From contig OZ243961.1 in assembly GCA_965214605.1 (NCBI GenBank), positions 1,888,001 through 1,952,000 of the forward strand: 64,000 bases of DNA, given 5' to 3'. Source of the DNA: an uncultured Candidatus Binatia bacterium (lineage in GTDB: Bacteria > Desulfobacterota > Binatia > Bin18). The notes under the pieces are model-generated. The model did not search any database and was not told the origin of the DNA. It was given only the letters and a program-made list of their open reading frames with translations. Of this stretch, positions 48,322 through 57,012 are shown piece by piece. Each line of letters opens with the position of its first letter. Within the stretch, counting starts at the first letter, position 1. A program made the translations under genes and the position numbers.

Positions 48322-49443
48322 ATGGGACGGATTATTGACGCCGACAGCCATTTTATGGAACCGCTCGATATCTGGCAGCGGTATATTGACCCCCAGTACC
48401 GGTCGCGCTGTCTGCGCTTTGTGCCCAGGCCGGACAGTGACCGGTACACGCTCCTGATTGAGGACAACACGCGGGCCCGTTTCAACGTCGAGGACTTTTT
48501 GGGCGTGCTGATTGGCTATGGCCAAAAAGAGCAGGGCGTAGGACTCGGCTCTTTTGATCTAGCCGCGGTCTCTAGCCATAACCTAGAAGACATGCAGGCC
48601 CGTATTGCATTTCTCGATCAAGAGGGGATAGCCTGCCAGTTTTTGTACCCCTCGTTGGGACTGCTGACAGATGGCCTGGTCGAAGACCCCGAGCTAGCGG
48701 CGGCGCATTGTCGCGCCTATAACACCTGGGCGCTGGACGTGTGTGCCGGATACCGTGACCGCTTATACCCGGTTGGTCATATCTCGCTCCGATATCCGTC
48801 CGAAGCAGTCCGTGAGTTGCAGCGGCTTGCCAAAGCAGGCCTGCAAGCGGTCTTTATCGGAGCAATGCCGGTCGAGGGTAAAAGTTTCGGTCATCCAGAC
48901 TTTGATCCGGTCTGGACAACAGCCCAAGAGCTGGACTTGGCGGTCAGCTTACATCTGGTTGTCCACCCCTTTTATCTGGGCAACGAGTGGCGCAAGGAGC
49001 CCAAACCAGACTTTATGTTTGTCAGCATGAATGTCATTCAAGATCCGCGCATGGCCCTCACTACCATGGTCTACGATGGGGTCTTTGAACGCTTCCCACG
49101 CCTGCGGGTCGCGGTCGTCGAGTCGGCCAGCGGGTGGATTGTTGAGTGGCTTGACCGGTTTGACTATCGCTACAGTTACATGGGTCATACCACGGCCATG
49201 AAGCGCCCAGCCAGCGAATATTTTACCCGCAACATCTGGATCTCGGCCGACCCGGACGAGCGGAGCTTGCCCTATGTGGTCGAGCTAGTTGGCGATGATA
49301 AATTTTTCATCGGCTCGGACTACCCGCACGCCGAGGGCTTTGTTCGACCGATTGACAAGGCTCGCGCAGCCTTGACCCGCCTGCCGGACACTTCGGTTAA
49401 AAAAATCTTGGGCGAGAATGCGGCTCGTTTCTTTGGCGTCTGA
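48322..49443 (+). CDS. Amidohydrolase_2 family protein
   Basis: IDADSH, LYPS, FERFPRL, GSDYPH. Confidence 0.9.
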   Translation: MGRIIDADSHFMEPLDIWQRYIDPQYRSRCLRFVPRPDSDRYTLLIEDNTRARFNVEDFLGVLIGYGQKEQGVGLGSFDLAAVSSHNLEDMQARIAFLDQEGIACQFLYPSLGLLTDGLVEDPELAAAHCRAYNTWALDVCAGYRDRLYPVGHISLRYPSEAVRELQRLAKAGLQAVFIGAMPVEGKSFGHPDFDPVWTTAQELDLAVSLHLVVHPFYLGNEWRKEPKPDFMFVSMNVIQDPRMALTTMVYDGVFERFPRLRVAVVESASGWIVEWLDRFDYRYSYMGHTTAMKRPASEYFTRNIWISADPDERSLPYVVELVGDDKFFIGSDYPHAEGFVRPIDKARAALTRLPDTSVKKILGENAARFFGV

Positions 49444-49455
49444 TCACGAGCACGG

Positions 49456-50670
49456 CTACCAGGCCACACCCTTCTCCTTGAGGGTGACGATTTCCTCCAT
49501 CGAATAGCCACACACCTGCTGGAGAATCTCAGCGGTGTGTTGACTGAAGTCTGGCGCGCCTTTTCGGAGCAGTGGAGTCTTTTCTAGACGAAAAGGCGCC
49601 GAGACCGTCTTGAGCCCATTGTCCAACTCCATCAGGTAGTCGTTCGCCACCACTTGCGGATCATCGGGCAGATCACTAACCTTGTTGACGACCGAGAACC
49701 AGAAACCTTTTTCTCGAAAAACCTTCTCCCAGTAGTCGCGCGGTTGCGTGGCAAATGCCCCTTCAATGCGGGTGATCAACTCCCTGCGATTTTCGGCCCG
49801 TTTTTCATCGCTCCTGAAATGCGGGTCGTGCTCAAGATCGGCCAAGCCCAACACCTGACAAAAATCCGACCAGAAACGCGACGCAACAAACAGCCCACAT
49901 GCAATCCAGCGCCCGTCGGCGCAGCGGTACAGATTCATCAGCGGGTTCGCCACGTCGTGACGATCATACGGAGCAAAATCCTCTCCCACGTTCGTATATT
50001 GGGCTACGTTGTAGTACTGGAGCCACATCATGGTGCTCAGCTGCGAGGCCCAGACTGACTGACTCGTACCGGTTCGCTCCCGGGCCAGTAGGGCAGCTAT
50101 CACCCCGAACCCGAGCATCGTTCCGGACAGGATGTCACTCAGCGCTCCAGTCGGATACACGGGCGCCCCGTCCGCATCCGGTGTGTTGAACATAAACCCG
50201 GAGCGCGCCATGCCAACCGTGTCCTGACACGGGTCTTCGGCGTGCGGACCAAGCGGTCCAAAACCTGTCGCGTGCGAGTAGATCAGTTCGGGATTGATCT
50301 TGAGCAACGTCTCACGGTCAGCGCAAAATTCACGCAGCGCACTAGGGTGGAGGTTGGAGATAAAGACGTCAGACTTTTTAATCAAACGGCGGAACGCCTC
50401 CTGGCCCTCGGCTTGGCGCAGGTCGATACTGATCGCCTTCTTATTACGATTGGTAATCTCGAACATCAGGTTTTTTCCGTCAGGTAAGAACTGGGGCCTC
50501 CCAAACAGGGACCGCACCCCACGAGAAAAATCGCCCTGCCCCGGCTTCTCGACCTTAATGACCTCGGCCCCCAGGTCGGCCAGCATCATGGCACCCAAAG
50601 GCCCTTGGGCCCAGATCGTCAGGTCCACGACTCGAATGCCTTCAAGCGGCATGCGTCCATTGCGCTCCAT
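49456..50670 (-). CDS. Family III CoA-transferase
   Basis: QGP..LADLGAEVIKVE, NRNKK, GFGPLGP, LSD catalytic Asp. Confidence 0.9.
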   Translation of the reverse strand: MERNGRMPLEGIRVVDLTIWAQGPLGAMMLADLGAEVIKVEKPGQGDFSRGVRSLFGRPQFLPDGKNLMFEITNRNKKAISIDLRQAEGQEAFRRLIKKSDVFISNLHPSALREFCADRETLLKINPELIYSHATGFGPLGPHAEDPCQDTVGMARSGFMFNTPDADGAPVYPTGALSDILSGTMLGFGVIAALLARERTGTSQSVWASQLSTMMWLQYYNVAQYTNVGEDFAPYDRHDVANPLMNLYRCADGRWIACGLFVASRFWSDFCQVLGLADLEHDPHFRSDEKRAENRRELITRIEGAFATQPRDYWEKVFREKGFWFSVVNKVSDLPDDPQVVANDYLMELDNGLKTVSAPFRLEKTPLLRKGAPDFSQHTAEILQQVCGYSMEEIVTLKEKGVAW

Positions 50671-50685
50671 AGCCTGCCTCCCGGC

Positions 50686-51462
50686 TTATTGGTCTCTCAC
50701 AGCGTTGACGTGTTTGTGTTCGACACGGATTTCTCTAGCCTTAGCTTCCAGCTCAAGCGCCTCAGCCTGGCGATCTGTTCGGCGCAGTAGTGGCGCGTAC
50801 TTCTCGATGAGCAGGGCGACCGCAGGATGCTTTGCACCGAGTTTTTGTTGTCGGATTTCCAAGGCGCGCTGAAAAATCGGAGCCGCCTCTTCGTCCCTGC
50901 CCTGAGCAACCGCAACCTCTGCTTGGCCGCACAGGGTCGTTGCCACCGAGTGATGGTCGGGCCCAAAAAACCGGGTGCGAATACTGAGCGAGCGCGTGAA
51001 CAGAGCGGACGCCTCATCGTAGCGCGTCTGCTCCATATATACCGCGGCCAGATTATTGAGACAGTTGGTCACCCGCCAATGGTCCGGGCCAACAATGGCC
51101 TCGGCAATGGTCAAGACTTTTTGTAAAAACACCTCGGCTTCGTCCAGCTTGCCGAGCTCGCGGTATAGCGAGGCCAGATTATTCAGGCTCTGGGCGACAA
51201 AAGGATGCTCCGAGCCGTATTTTTCCCGCCGGATATCCAGCGCCCGCCGATAGTGCTGTTCGGCCTCTTGGAGTTTGCCCTGGTTATGGCACAGATTGGC
51301 CAAGTTATTGAGCACCATCGCCACCCGCGTGTCTTTCGGACCAAACCTCTCCACTATTTCCAAGGCCTCACGAAAATGCTGTTCGGCCCGGTCATACACC
51401 CCCTGTTGATACAGACGAAACCCGTCCTCATTGATCTTTTGCCACCGCGTCTCTGTACTCAT
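50686..51462 (-). CDS. Tetratricopeptide repeat protein
   Basis: Repeated LNNLA..Y...G...EA......AL.I ~42-aa TPR units. Confidence 0.9.
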   Translation of the reverse strand: MSTETRWQKINEDGFRLYQQGVYDRAEQHFREALEIVERFGPKDTRVAMVLNNLANLCHNQGKLQEAEQHYRRALDIRREKYGSEHPFVAQSLNNLASLYRELGKLDEAEVFLQKVLTIAEAIVGPDHWRVTNCLNNLAAVYMEQTRYDEASALFTRSLSIRTRFFGPDHHSVATTLCGQAEVAVAQGRDEEAAPIFQRALEIRQQKLGAKHPAVALLIEKYAPLLRRTDRQAEALELEAKAREIRVEHKHVNAVRDQ

Positions 51463-51518
51463 ATTCCCCCCTACCAGCCCTGTAATCGAGAGTCGAGCAG
51501 GTCGGTTTGAAAGCCCTC

Positions 51519-52388
51519 TCACCTCTCTTGAGGCTGACTTTCCATAAGCCACTTTTCCATGAGATCTTTGAGTTCTTCAACAGAAAAGACGCCAAGCTCT
51601 TGCCAGGCTGAGCGGACGCCAATGAGCCGCAGAATCTTTTTCAAGGTGCTCGTTTTGAAGACCGGATTCTCTGGGTCCGCTATCCGTTCGGACAAGGCCC
51701 ATATCAGGGCAGTACGGACTTCCCCGTCACCCAAAACGGAATTTCTTGAGACAAGGAGGTTGATTAACTCTTCCCAATACTGCTGCGAATATCCCAAAAC
51801 CTTGGCGACGGATGTCAATTCCGCTCCTGTGTTATCACAGACCTCATTCGCCAGATATCGACGCCACCACGCCCGCGCGAACGGGCAATTTACATAAACG
51901 CTTCTGTTGCCTCGGGCCTCGGGCAATCCGCTCATACGCCTCAACGCCGTGCGGACAGTCCCATCTATTTCCTTGTCACTGCCGTCTTGCAAAGCCTGAC
52001 CAATCCGCGCAAGACCGCTCGACGTACTTCCACTGCCGGCGGCAAGAAAACTCGACTGGATTCTGCCCTCCTTGATATGGCGTAGGGTCATACATCCCCA
52101 AAATCCGACGCGACAGGCAATCGCTGGAGGGATGGACTTCCACAACTCAAAAATCTGTCGCTCGGTACTCTTTGGCGGCTCCTTGAATTCGGCCTCGGTC
52201 AGATTCTCCTCAAGGGTTGGCAGGCCGTCACCGGGCACTATCTCGACCTGTTCTCTCATCCACGCCGAATAACGATCACTCGAGCACAGGACATTCAGAA
52301 ACTCTTTTTGCCTGTCGGACCCTTTTGTTCTGAGAAGGTCTTTACGCAGCGCGGTATAGGAGGCGTCATCAAACTGCTCGTAGTTCAA
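51519..52388 (-). CDS. Hypothetical helical protein (DUF6339-like by recollection)
   Basis: FWGCMTLRH and FARAWWRRY motifs; TTG start abuts the upstream stop. Confidence 0.7.
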   Translation of the reverse strand: MNYEQFDDASYTALRKDLLRTKGSDRQKEFLNVLCSSDRYSAWMREQVEIVPGDGLPTLEENLTEAEFKEPPKSTERQIFELWKSIPPAIACRVGFWGCMTLRHIKEGRIQSSFLAAGSGSTSSGLARIGQALQDGSDKEIDGTVRTALRRMSGLPEARGNRSVYVNCPFARAWWRRYLANEVCDNTGAELTSVAKVLGYSQQYWEELINLLVSRNSVLGDGEVRTALIWALSERIADPENPVFKTSTLKKILRLIGVRSAWQELGVFSVEELKDLMEKWLMESQPQER

Positions 52389-52389
52389 G

Positions 52390-53223
52390 CTACCCCTCCG
52401 GTTCTGTCTGAGAAGGTTTGTGGGGATAGCGTTTAGTTGCCACCAAATCAGCAGAAAAATTATCGGCGTCCCAAAGGGGCAGATCGTACCCTTCCAAATC
52501 AGCTGCCAGTGCTTTCAGATTACTGTACTGCTCCCATTCTCTACCACCGTCCTCACTCTGGCCGCTGTAGTCCTTTCTGAGAATCTCAAAGCAGCGACTC
52601 ACAATATGGGTCAGAATGCTACCGCGATGATTTTTGTGCTCTCCAGCGTTTTGGAGAAATTGGCATAAATCCGAAGCGGCAGAGACCTTAAAATAAAATC
52701 CATCATCCGTACACGGAGCCACCTCAAAGCTGCCCGCTGGGAGTTGTTCATTTCGATTGATTTGAAGCAATTCGTGGACAGATGAAGACGGTCTCAAATA
52801 GCCCCGTAATGCCAACCGCGCACCTTTGGGAAACGTGATCTCCCGCCCCTGCCAGACTTCCGCCGCCCCACTGTCGCTTCCCAGGGTACGAGAAATTTCA
52901 GCAACGGAAACAATGAGGGGACGCAGCATGGGCGGCTCACCCACTACGGTCATGTCCAACTTAATGTGCTGACGCTCCTCATCGGAGAGGTGCAACTTTC
53001 GGTGTCCGGTAAGAGGGACTGCAATCAGGCATCCATACCTGGCCTGACCTTGGCGGATCAGGCGGTCCAGAAAAGGGACGTTGCGAACCTTGTGACGGAT
53101 CGTCACGGAAGTGTCGTCGGTCTGTAGTACATCAACCGCATACTCTCCCTCTGGATAAGAGAGATTACCATCTACCAAAACCGGATACGGAAGCGCTCTG
53201 AGAACTTCGCCGGCCCGTGCCAC
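52390..53223 (-). CDS. Hypothetical protein of the GHKL cassette
   Basis: GAGGAGG SD, LPYPVL N-terminus; 12 bp after the ATPase stop. Confidence 0.8.
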   Translation of the reverse strand: MARAGEVLRALPYPVLVDGNLSYPEGEYAVDVLQTDDTSVTIRHKVRNVPFLDRLIRQGQARYGCLIAVPLTGHRKLHLSDEERQHIKLDMTVVGEPPMLRPLIVSVAEISRTLGSDSGAAEVWQGREITFPKGARLALRGYLRPSSSVHELLQINRNEQLPAGSFEVAPCTDDGFYFKVSAASDLCQFLQNAGEHKNHRGSILTHIVSRCFEILRKDYSGQSEDGGREWEQYSNLKALAADLEGYDLPLWDADNFSADLVATKRYPHKPSQTEPEG

Positions 53224-53235
53224 CGCTGAGCCTCC

Positions 53236-55257
53236 TCATTTTGCAGAATCGCCGGCACGACGAATAATCTCCGTCTTCAGCACGATCGGACTATCGGCGG
53301 AAACGTGAACGCTTTCGGGGAGCTCATAATCAATTTCTATGTTCAGGGGATTATCACGATCAAGGGCACCAAGTCGGACTCCGAGCACACGATTTTTCTC
53401 ATCGCGGATCAGATTTTCACCGGACACCGCTTCACCATCGACTTTGACAGTCTTCAGTCTCACAAATTCTTCACCTCCTACGTCATCGCATGTTTCATCC
53501 AGGCCTTCATCTAACACGAATCGGATTTCGCTGCCGACGCAGCGTTCTTCAGACCTGATGTCGAATCGGTAGGACCGTGCGCCGGTAGGGACGGAAAGTC
53601 CGCGTATCCGAAGGGCATTACCCGTCCGGCGAAAGCTGCCACGTCCGCTCCTGCGCCGACGGCTACCCGTGCCATTTCCTTTTCCTTGGTTTTCAAATTC
53701 GTCAGGATCTAAACCCTCTTCTGTTTGACTCTCGCCTTCGGTCGGTGCTCTGCTCCTCCGTCTTGGCACTTCGCGGAACTTGCCCACTAGAGAAGAACGC
53801 TGTCCACCCGGGGCAATGCCATGTTTACTGATCGACAGGACATCGTGGACTTTGAATTGTTCATTACTCGTAGGGGGAATAATCTCGTGGACTTTAGAGG
53901 CTATTGCTTCCAGAGCTTTGTACACCTGTTTACGTTCGTCTGTCCGAAGTTTTTTCAACGACACTTCATTATGCAGTGGCCCCTCAGCTTTACGCACGAG
54001 GCGATGAATGCTTCCAGCATCTTCGGCTTCAGCCTTGAGCAGTACAACACAATGAAATGGCTTTAAACTGGCAAAATTGGCTTCTCGAAGCTTCCCCGGC
54101 AGCTTATTCGTGATCCACATCCCATTTCGGCATAGCTCAATGCTTGTCTTGCCATCATCTAATTTCCGCAGTTTCAAGGCAACATTACCAACCTCTGTTT
54201 CAACGGAAACGTCATCTCCTTTCTCTACCGTATCGAGCGCAGCAGCAGCCCGAGACCCGGATAAAAACTTGCTATAAGCCCGCCTCTGGTCGCGGTATTC
54301 AGCCAATGTAGCCCTAATAGTAGTATGATCGAGGACCTGAGTTTCGCCTTCTTCCTTTATAAACTCAACTCGAAGTTCTTTCTGTGCAAATGCAGCGAAG
54401 AAATTGCACGCTGCAGCCTTCGATATCATATCCCACAGAGACTTCGATTCACGAAAATCGTTGAATCCCGGAACAGCCACAACGGTGCCTGACTGCCACC
54501 GGTCAGCGATCCACTTCAGCTTGCTCATGATATACTCAGGGATCTCGCTGTTCTGTAGAAAAGTATATGGATCGTACAGGTCTTGGTTGAGGCGCTTGAC
54601 AAAATAGCCGTCCTTACTTTTGCTTACACGTCTGCCGTCCTTACTTTTGCTTACACGTCTGCCGTCCTTGCTTTGGTGGGACGCAAGGATAGCGTGGCCT
54701 GCTGCGATCATCTGCTTCTGTTGAGTCAGACCACCATATAAGACATATCGCAGGTCTGAAGCAGGGATAACAACAAAATGGCCGTTCCCGACAGCACCGG
54801 CACTGTTCTCGCTCTTAACGCTCACCCCATCTGCTAAGATTCCTTTCATCCTAGCCTTATCAAGGCCGATACCATTGTCGAGAATGTACAGGGTCCTACA
54901 CGATTCCGACTTCAGACAAGTCTCAATAGCCTCCACAATGTCCTTTGCTTGGTCAGCCAAGGCGCCATTACGCAACCTCTTTTGAGCCTGCTTCGCACAA
55001 TCAAACGCCTCTCGATACTGCTTGATACCTGGTACCTCATCCAGAGCATGCTTTTTCAGTTCAAAGCGAATACAGGCATCCCGCCCAGCTTCACGTGCCG
55101 CGTCCAATGAATTTTGCATGATCTCCCGAACAATGGCCTCCGGATTAAGGTCACCAAAGGCAGCGATGCCGGCTGCGGTAAAACCCGCGATCTCTCCCCC
55201 CACCTCGAAATGGAGATCAGGGCTTCCCGACCGCCGCTGCTTGTTTTTCTTATTCAT
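53236..55257 (-). CDS. GHKL (Hsp90/MORC-like) ATPase domain protein
   Basis: Bergerat motifs REIMQNSLDA, LDNGIGL, GAVGNG, SGTVV; charged linker; beta-rich C-terminus. Confidence 0.82.
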   Translation of the reverse strand: MNKKNKQRRSGSPDLHFEVGGEIAGFTAAGIAAFGDLNPEAIVREIMQNSLDAAREAGRDACIRFELKKHALDEVPGIKQYREAFDCAKQAQKRLRNGALADQAKDIVEAIETCLKSESCRTLYILDNGIGLDKARMKGILADGVSVKSENSAGAVGNGHFVVIPASDLRYVLYGGLTQQKQMIAAGHAILASHQSKDGRRVSKSKDGRRVSKSKDGYFVKRLNQDLYDPYTFLQNSEIPEYIMSKLKWIADRWQSGTVVAVPGFNDFRESKSLWDMISKAAACNFFAAFAQKELRVEFIKEEGETQVLDHTTIRATLAEYRDQRRAYSKFLSGSRAAAALDTVEKGDDVSVETEVGNVALKLRKLDDGKTSIELCRNGMWITNKLPGKLREANFASLKPFHCVVLLKAEAEDAGSIHRLVRKAEGPLHNEVSLKKLRTDERKQVYKALEAIASKVHEIIPPTSNEQFKVHDVLSISKHGIAPGGQRSSLVGKFREVPRRRSRAPTEGESQTEEGLDPDEFENQGKGNGTGSRRRRSGRGSFRRTGNALRIRGLSVPTGARSYRFDIRSEERCVGSEIRFVLDEGLDETCDDVGGEEFVRLKTVKVDGEAVSGENLIRDEKNRVLGVRLGALDRDNPLNIEIDYELPESVHVSADSPIVLKTEIIRRAGDSAK
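54607..54669. repeat. Perfect 27-bp in-frame tandem repeat (2.3 copies)
   Basis: gccgtccttacttttgcttacacgtct x2 plus gccgtcctt; encodes SKDGRRVSK repeats. Confidence 0.95.
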
Positions 55258-55299
55258 TGCTCCGTCTCTCTGATAGATAGCCAATCGTAGATGTCATCA

Positions 55300-55530
55300 A
55301 TCTCCTCCCTGCTGTGACGTAGCGCTCAATCAACGCCTGCAGCACCTCTCCGTGTTGACGTAACGGCTTCCGGCCTTTCCTTGTGGCGGTCAGGCGTATT
55401 CGGCCCCCGCGACCGTGACTCTCGACCCACACGAACAGCAGCCCTCCGGCCCACACAACTATCTGCCCAAGGTCGGCCCCCAAAGCAGCGAGCGTTGGAC
55501 AGCTACAGTGGCCATCTCAAAATCGGTCAT
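55300..55530 (-). pseudogene. Possible winged-helix (MarR/PadR-like) regulator remnant
   Basis: PTLGR* followed in another frame by GLL..GRGGRIRLTATRKGRKPL. Confidence 0.3.
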
Positions 55531-55603
55531 GGTTGTGACCTGAACGCGAGTCGCTAGGCGAAATAATTCCCACCCAAGAGCAAGCAACTGAGGTGCTAGG
55601 CGT

Positions 55604-56920
55604 TTAGTCTGTACAATCGCAGGGCAAAACACTGTCTTCGTAGGGAGAGAGCGCTGTGTCATCATCAGGTAACTCCGCCAGCCGTTTATAGGAAAAACCG
55701 CTTTGTGTCCCAAAAAACCCGATGAAATTATTGGCGACAGTAGCACGAATAGCGCGCCCTTCCGCCTCAAGATCACGGCCGTATCGCTGTTCAATCCCGA
55801 CCCACCAAGCGAGATCGCAGGGCGTATTTTTGAGTCCTACTGTCATGTCCTTCAGGGATACACGCGCTTTGCGCAACCCTCGGATACCTTTGAGGAAACA
55901 GTAGGTACAGTTGGACAGCCCGTTTTCAACGTCGAGCGCTAAGTCCCACGCCTGCTTTTTCCAGAACGTCTCCACATCCTCCTGAGTGATACCCATATCG
56001 CTCAGGGGCAGGTAGACGTGTTCCCCTTCATACCCGGCGGCGTGGACCTCACTGGTGTTGCGTTGTCGCACTCGGATCACACGCCGCATTTCATCGCGCC
56101 GGAGTCCCACGAAAGCAAGATATTCGACGCCCTCAGAGCCGAAATACACCTGGTGACTGAGACTTTCTTTCGTAAGGTAAGGATTTGTGATGGGGCACGT
56201 GGCGGCTGAATAGTCCGCAAACCGCTGTGCTGACCGAAACACTGGCCGTGACCGAACAAACCGCTTTTTCTCCAGAAAAATGTCCCGGGGAACCTCCCCC
56301 TTATGGCGTAGGTGATGTTCGTACATTTCGTCGTCGTCAAGACGGCTGTTCTTCCCAAAATGGCCAAGGCGTTCGGTGTGCGGCTTACAGGTCAACCAAT
56401 CCTTCAGAAATGCTCTGGTCGTCTCGAGCTTGAGGCGCGAGGTGCAGGTACGTCTGAATTGGTTCGGCGCATACCCCGTCCAGGACAGTAGTTCCTCAAA
56501 GGCTTCGCCACGCCAACAGTATCCATCTGTATTTGTCTCAGAGCGGGGAACGGGCTGAACGAGGCGGTATGAGGGCAGGCGTACCCACTCCCCGTTTCTC
56601 GCATCCTCATAGGTCTGAAATTCGACGAGAAAAAACGGGAGACCATAGCGATTTTCGACAAGCTCTTTACAACGACTCACAAATTCATAGGTGGCGGGAT
56701 GCTCGGCAGACGTGTTGTTGAACACCACTACATCACCCCGTTCGGGCTGTAAGAGACCGGCTTCGAGCAGGACAAAGAGCATCATGCCGCTCGTCCTGCC
56801 GCCTGAAAACTTGACAACGTGGGGCAGATCTTCATGGCCGGACAGGTCGTACCAGAATAGCTGATCCGCGCCGTGCTTCCTTCTCAGTTTCGGGACCGCT
56901 CTTATCCCTCGCCCAGTCAT
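55604..56920 (-). CDS. PAPS-reductase-like (PP-loop) Fe-S protein
   Basis: VKFSGGRTSG, NTSAEH, PNQFRRTCTSRLK, GLRRDE, SNCTYCFLKG, terminal PCDCTD. Confidence 0.82.
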   Translation of the reverse strand: MTGRGIRAVPKLRRKHGADQLFWYDLSGHEDLPHVVKFSGGRTSGMMLFVLLEAGLLQPERGDVVVFNNTSAEHPATYEFVSRCKELVENRYGLPFFLVEFQTYEDARNGEWVRLPSYRLVQPVPRSETNTDGYCWRGEAFEELLSWTGYAPNQFRRTCTSRLKLETTRAFLKDWLTCKPHTERLGHFGKNSRLDDDEMYEHHLRHKGEVPRDIFLEKKRFVRSRPVFRSAQRFADYSAATCPITNPYLTKESLSHQVYFGSEGVEYLAFVGLRRDEMRRVIRVRQRNTSEVHAAGYEGEHVYLPLSDMGITQEDVETFWKKQAWDLALDVENGLSNCTYCFLKGIRGLRKARVSLKDMTVGLKNTPCDLAWWVGIEQRYGRDLEAEGRAIRATVANNFIGFFGTQSGFSYKRLAELPDDDTALSPYEDSVLPCDCTD

Positions 56921-56979
56921 CGTGTCCCCCGGTATGCCGTACTCTGCGCTGTGTTCTTTAGTTGGAAAGAGAGACCGAT

Positions 56980-56995
56980 GGGGCAGACGTGCCCC
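56980..56995 (-). terminator. Hairpin downstream of the deacylase gene
   Basis: ggggca / tgcccc stem with a pyrimidine-rich tail on the minus strand. Confidence 0.4.
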
Positions 56996-57012
56996 GCCGG
57001 TGAGAGAGGGCT

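Noticed and set aside
54607-54669. CRISPR-like repeat
   Set aside because: Copies are directly adjacent with no spacers, lie in frame within a CDS, and no cas genes are present
55604-56920. Calling this gene cysH or dndC
   Set aside because: Lacks the CysH C-terminal motif and cys context; no dndB/D/E neighbours
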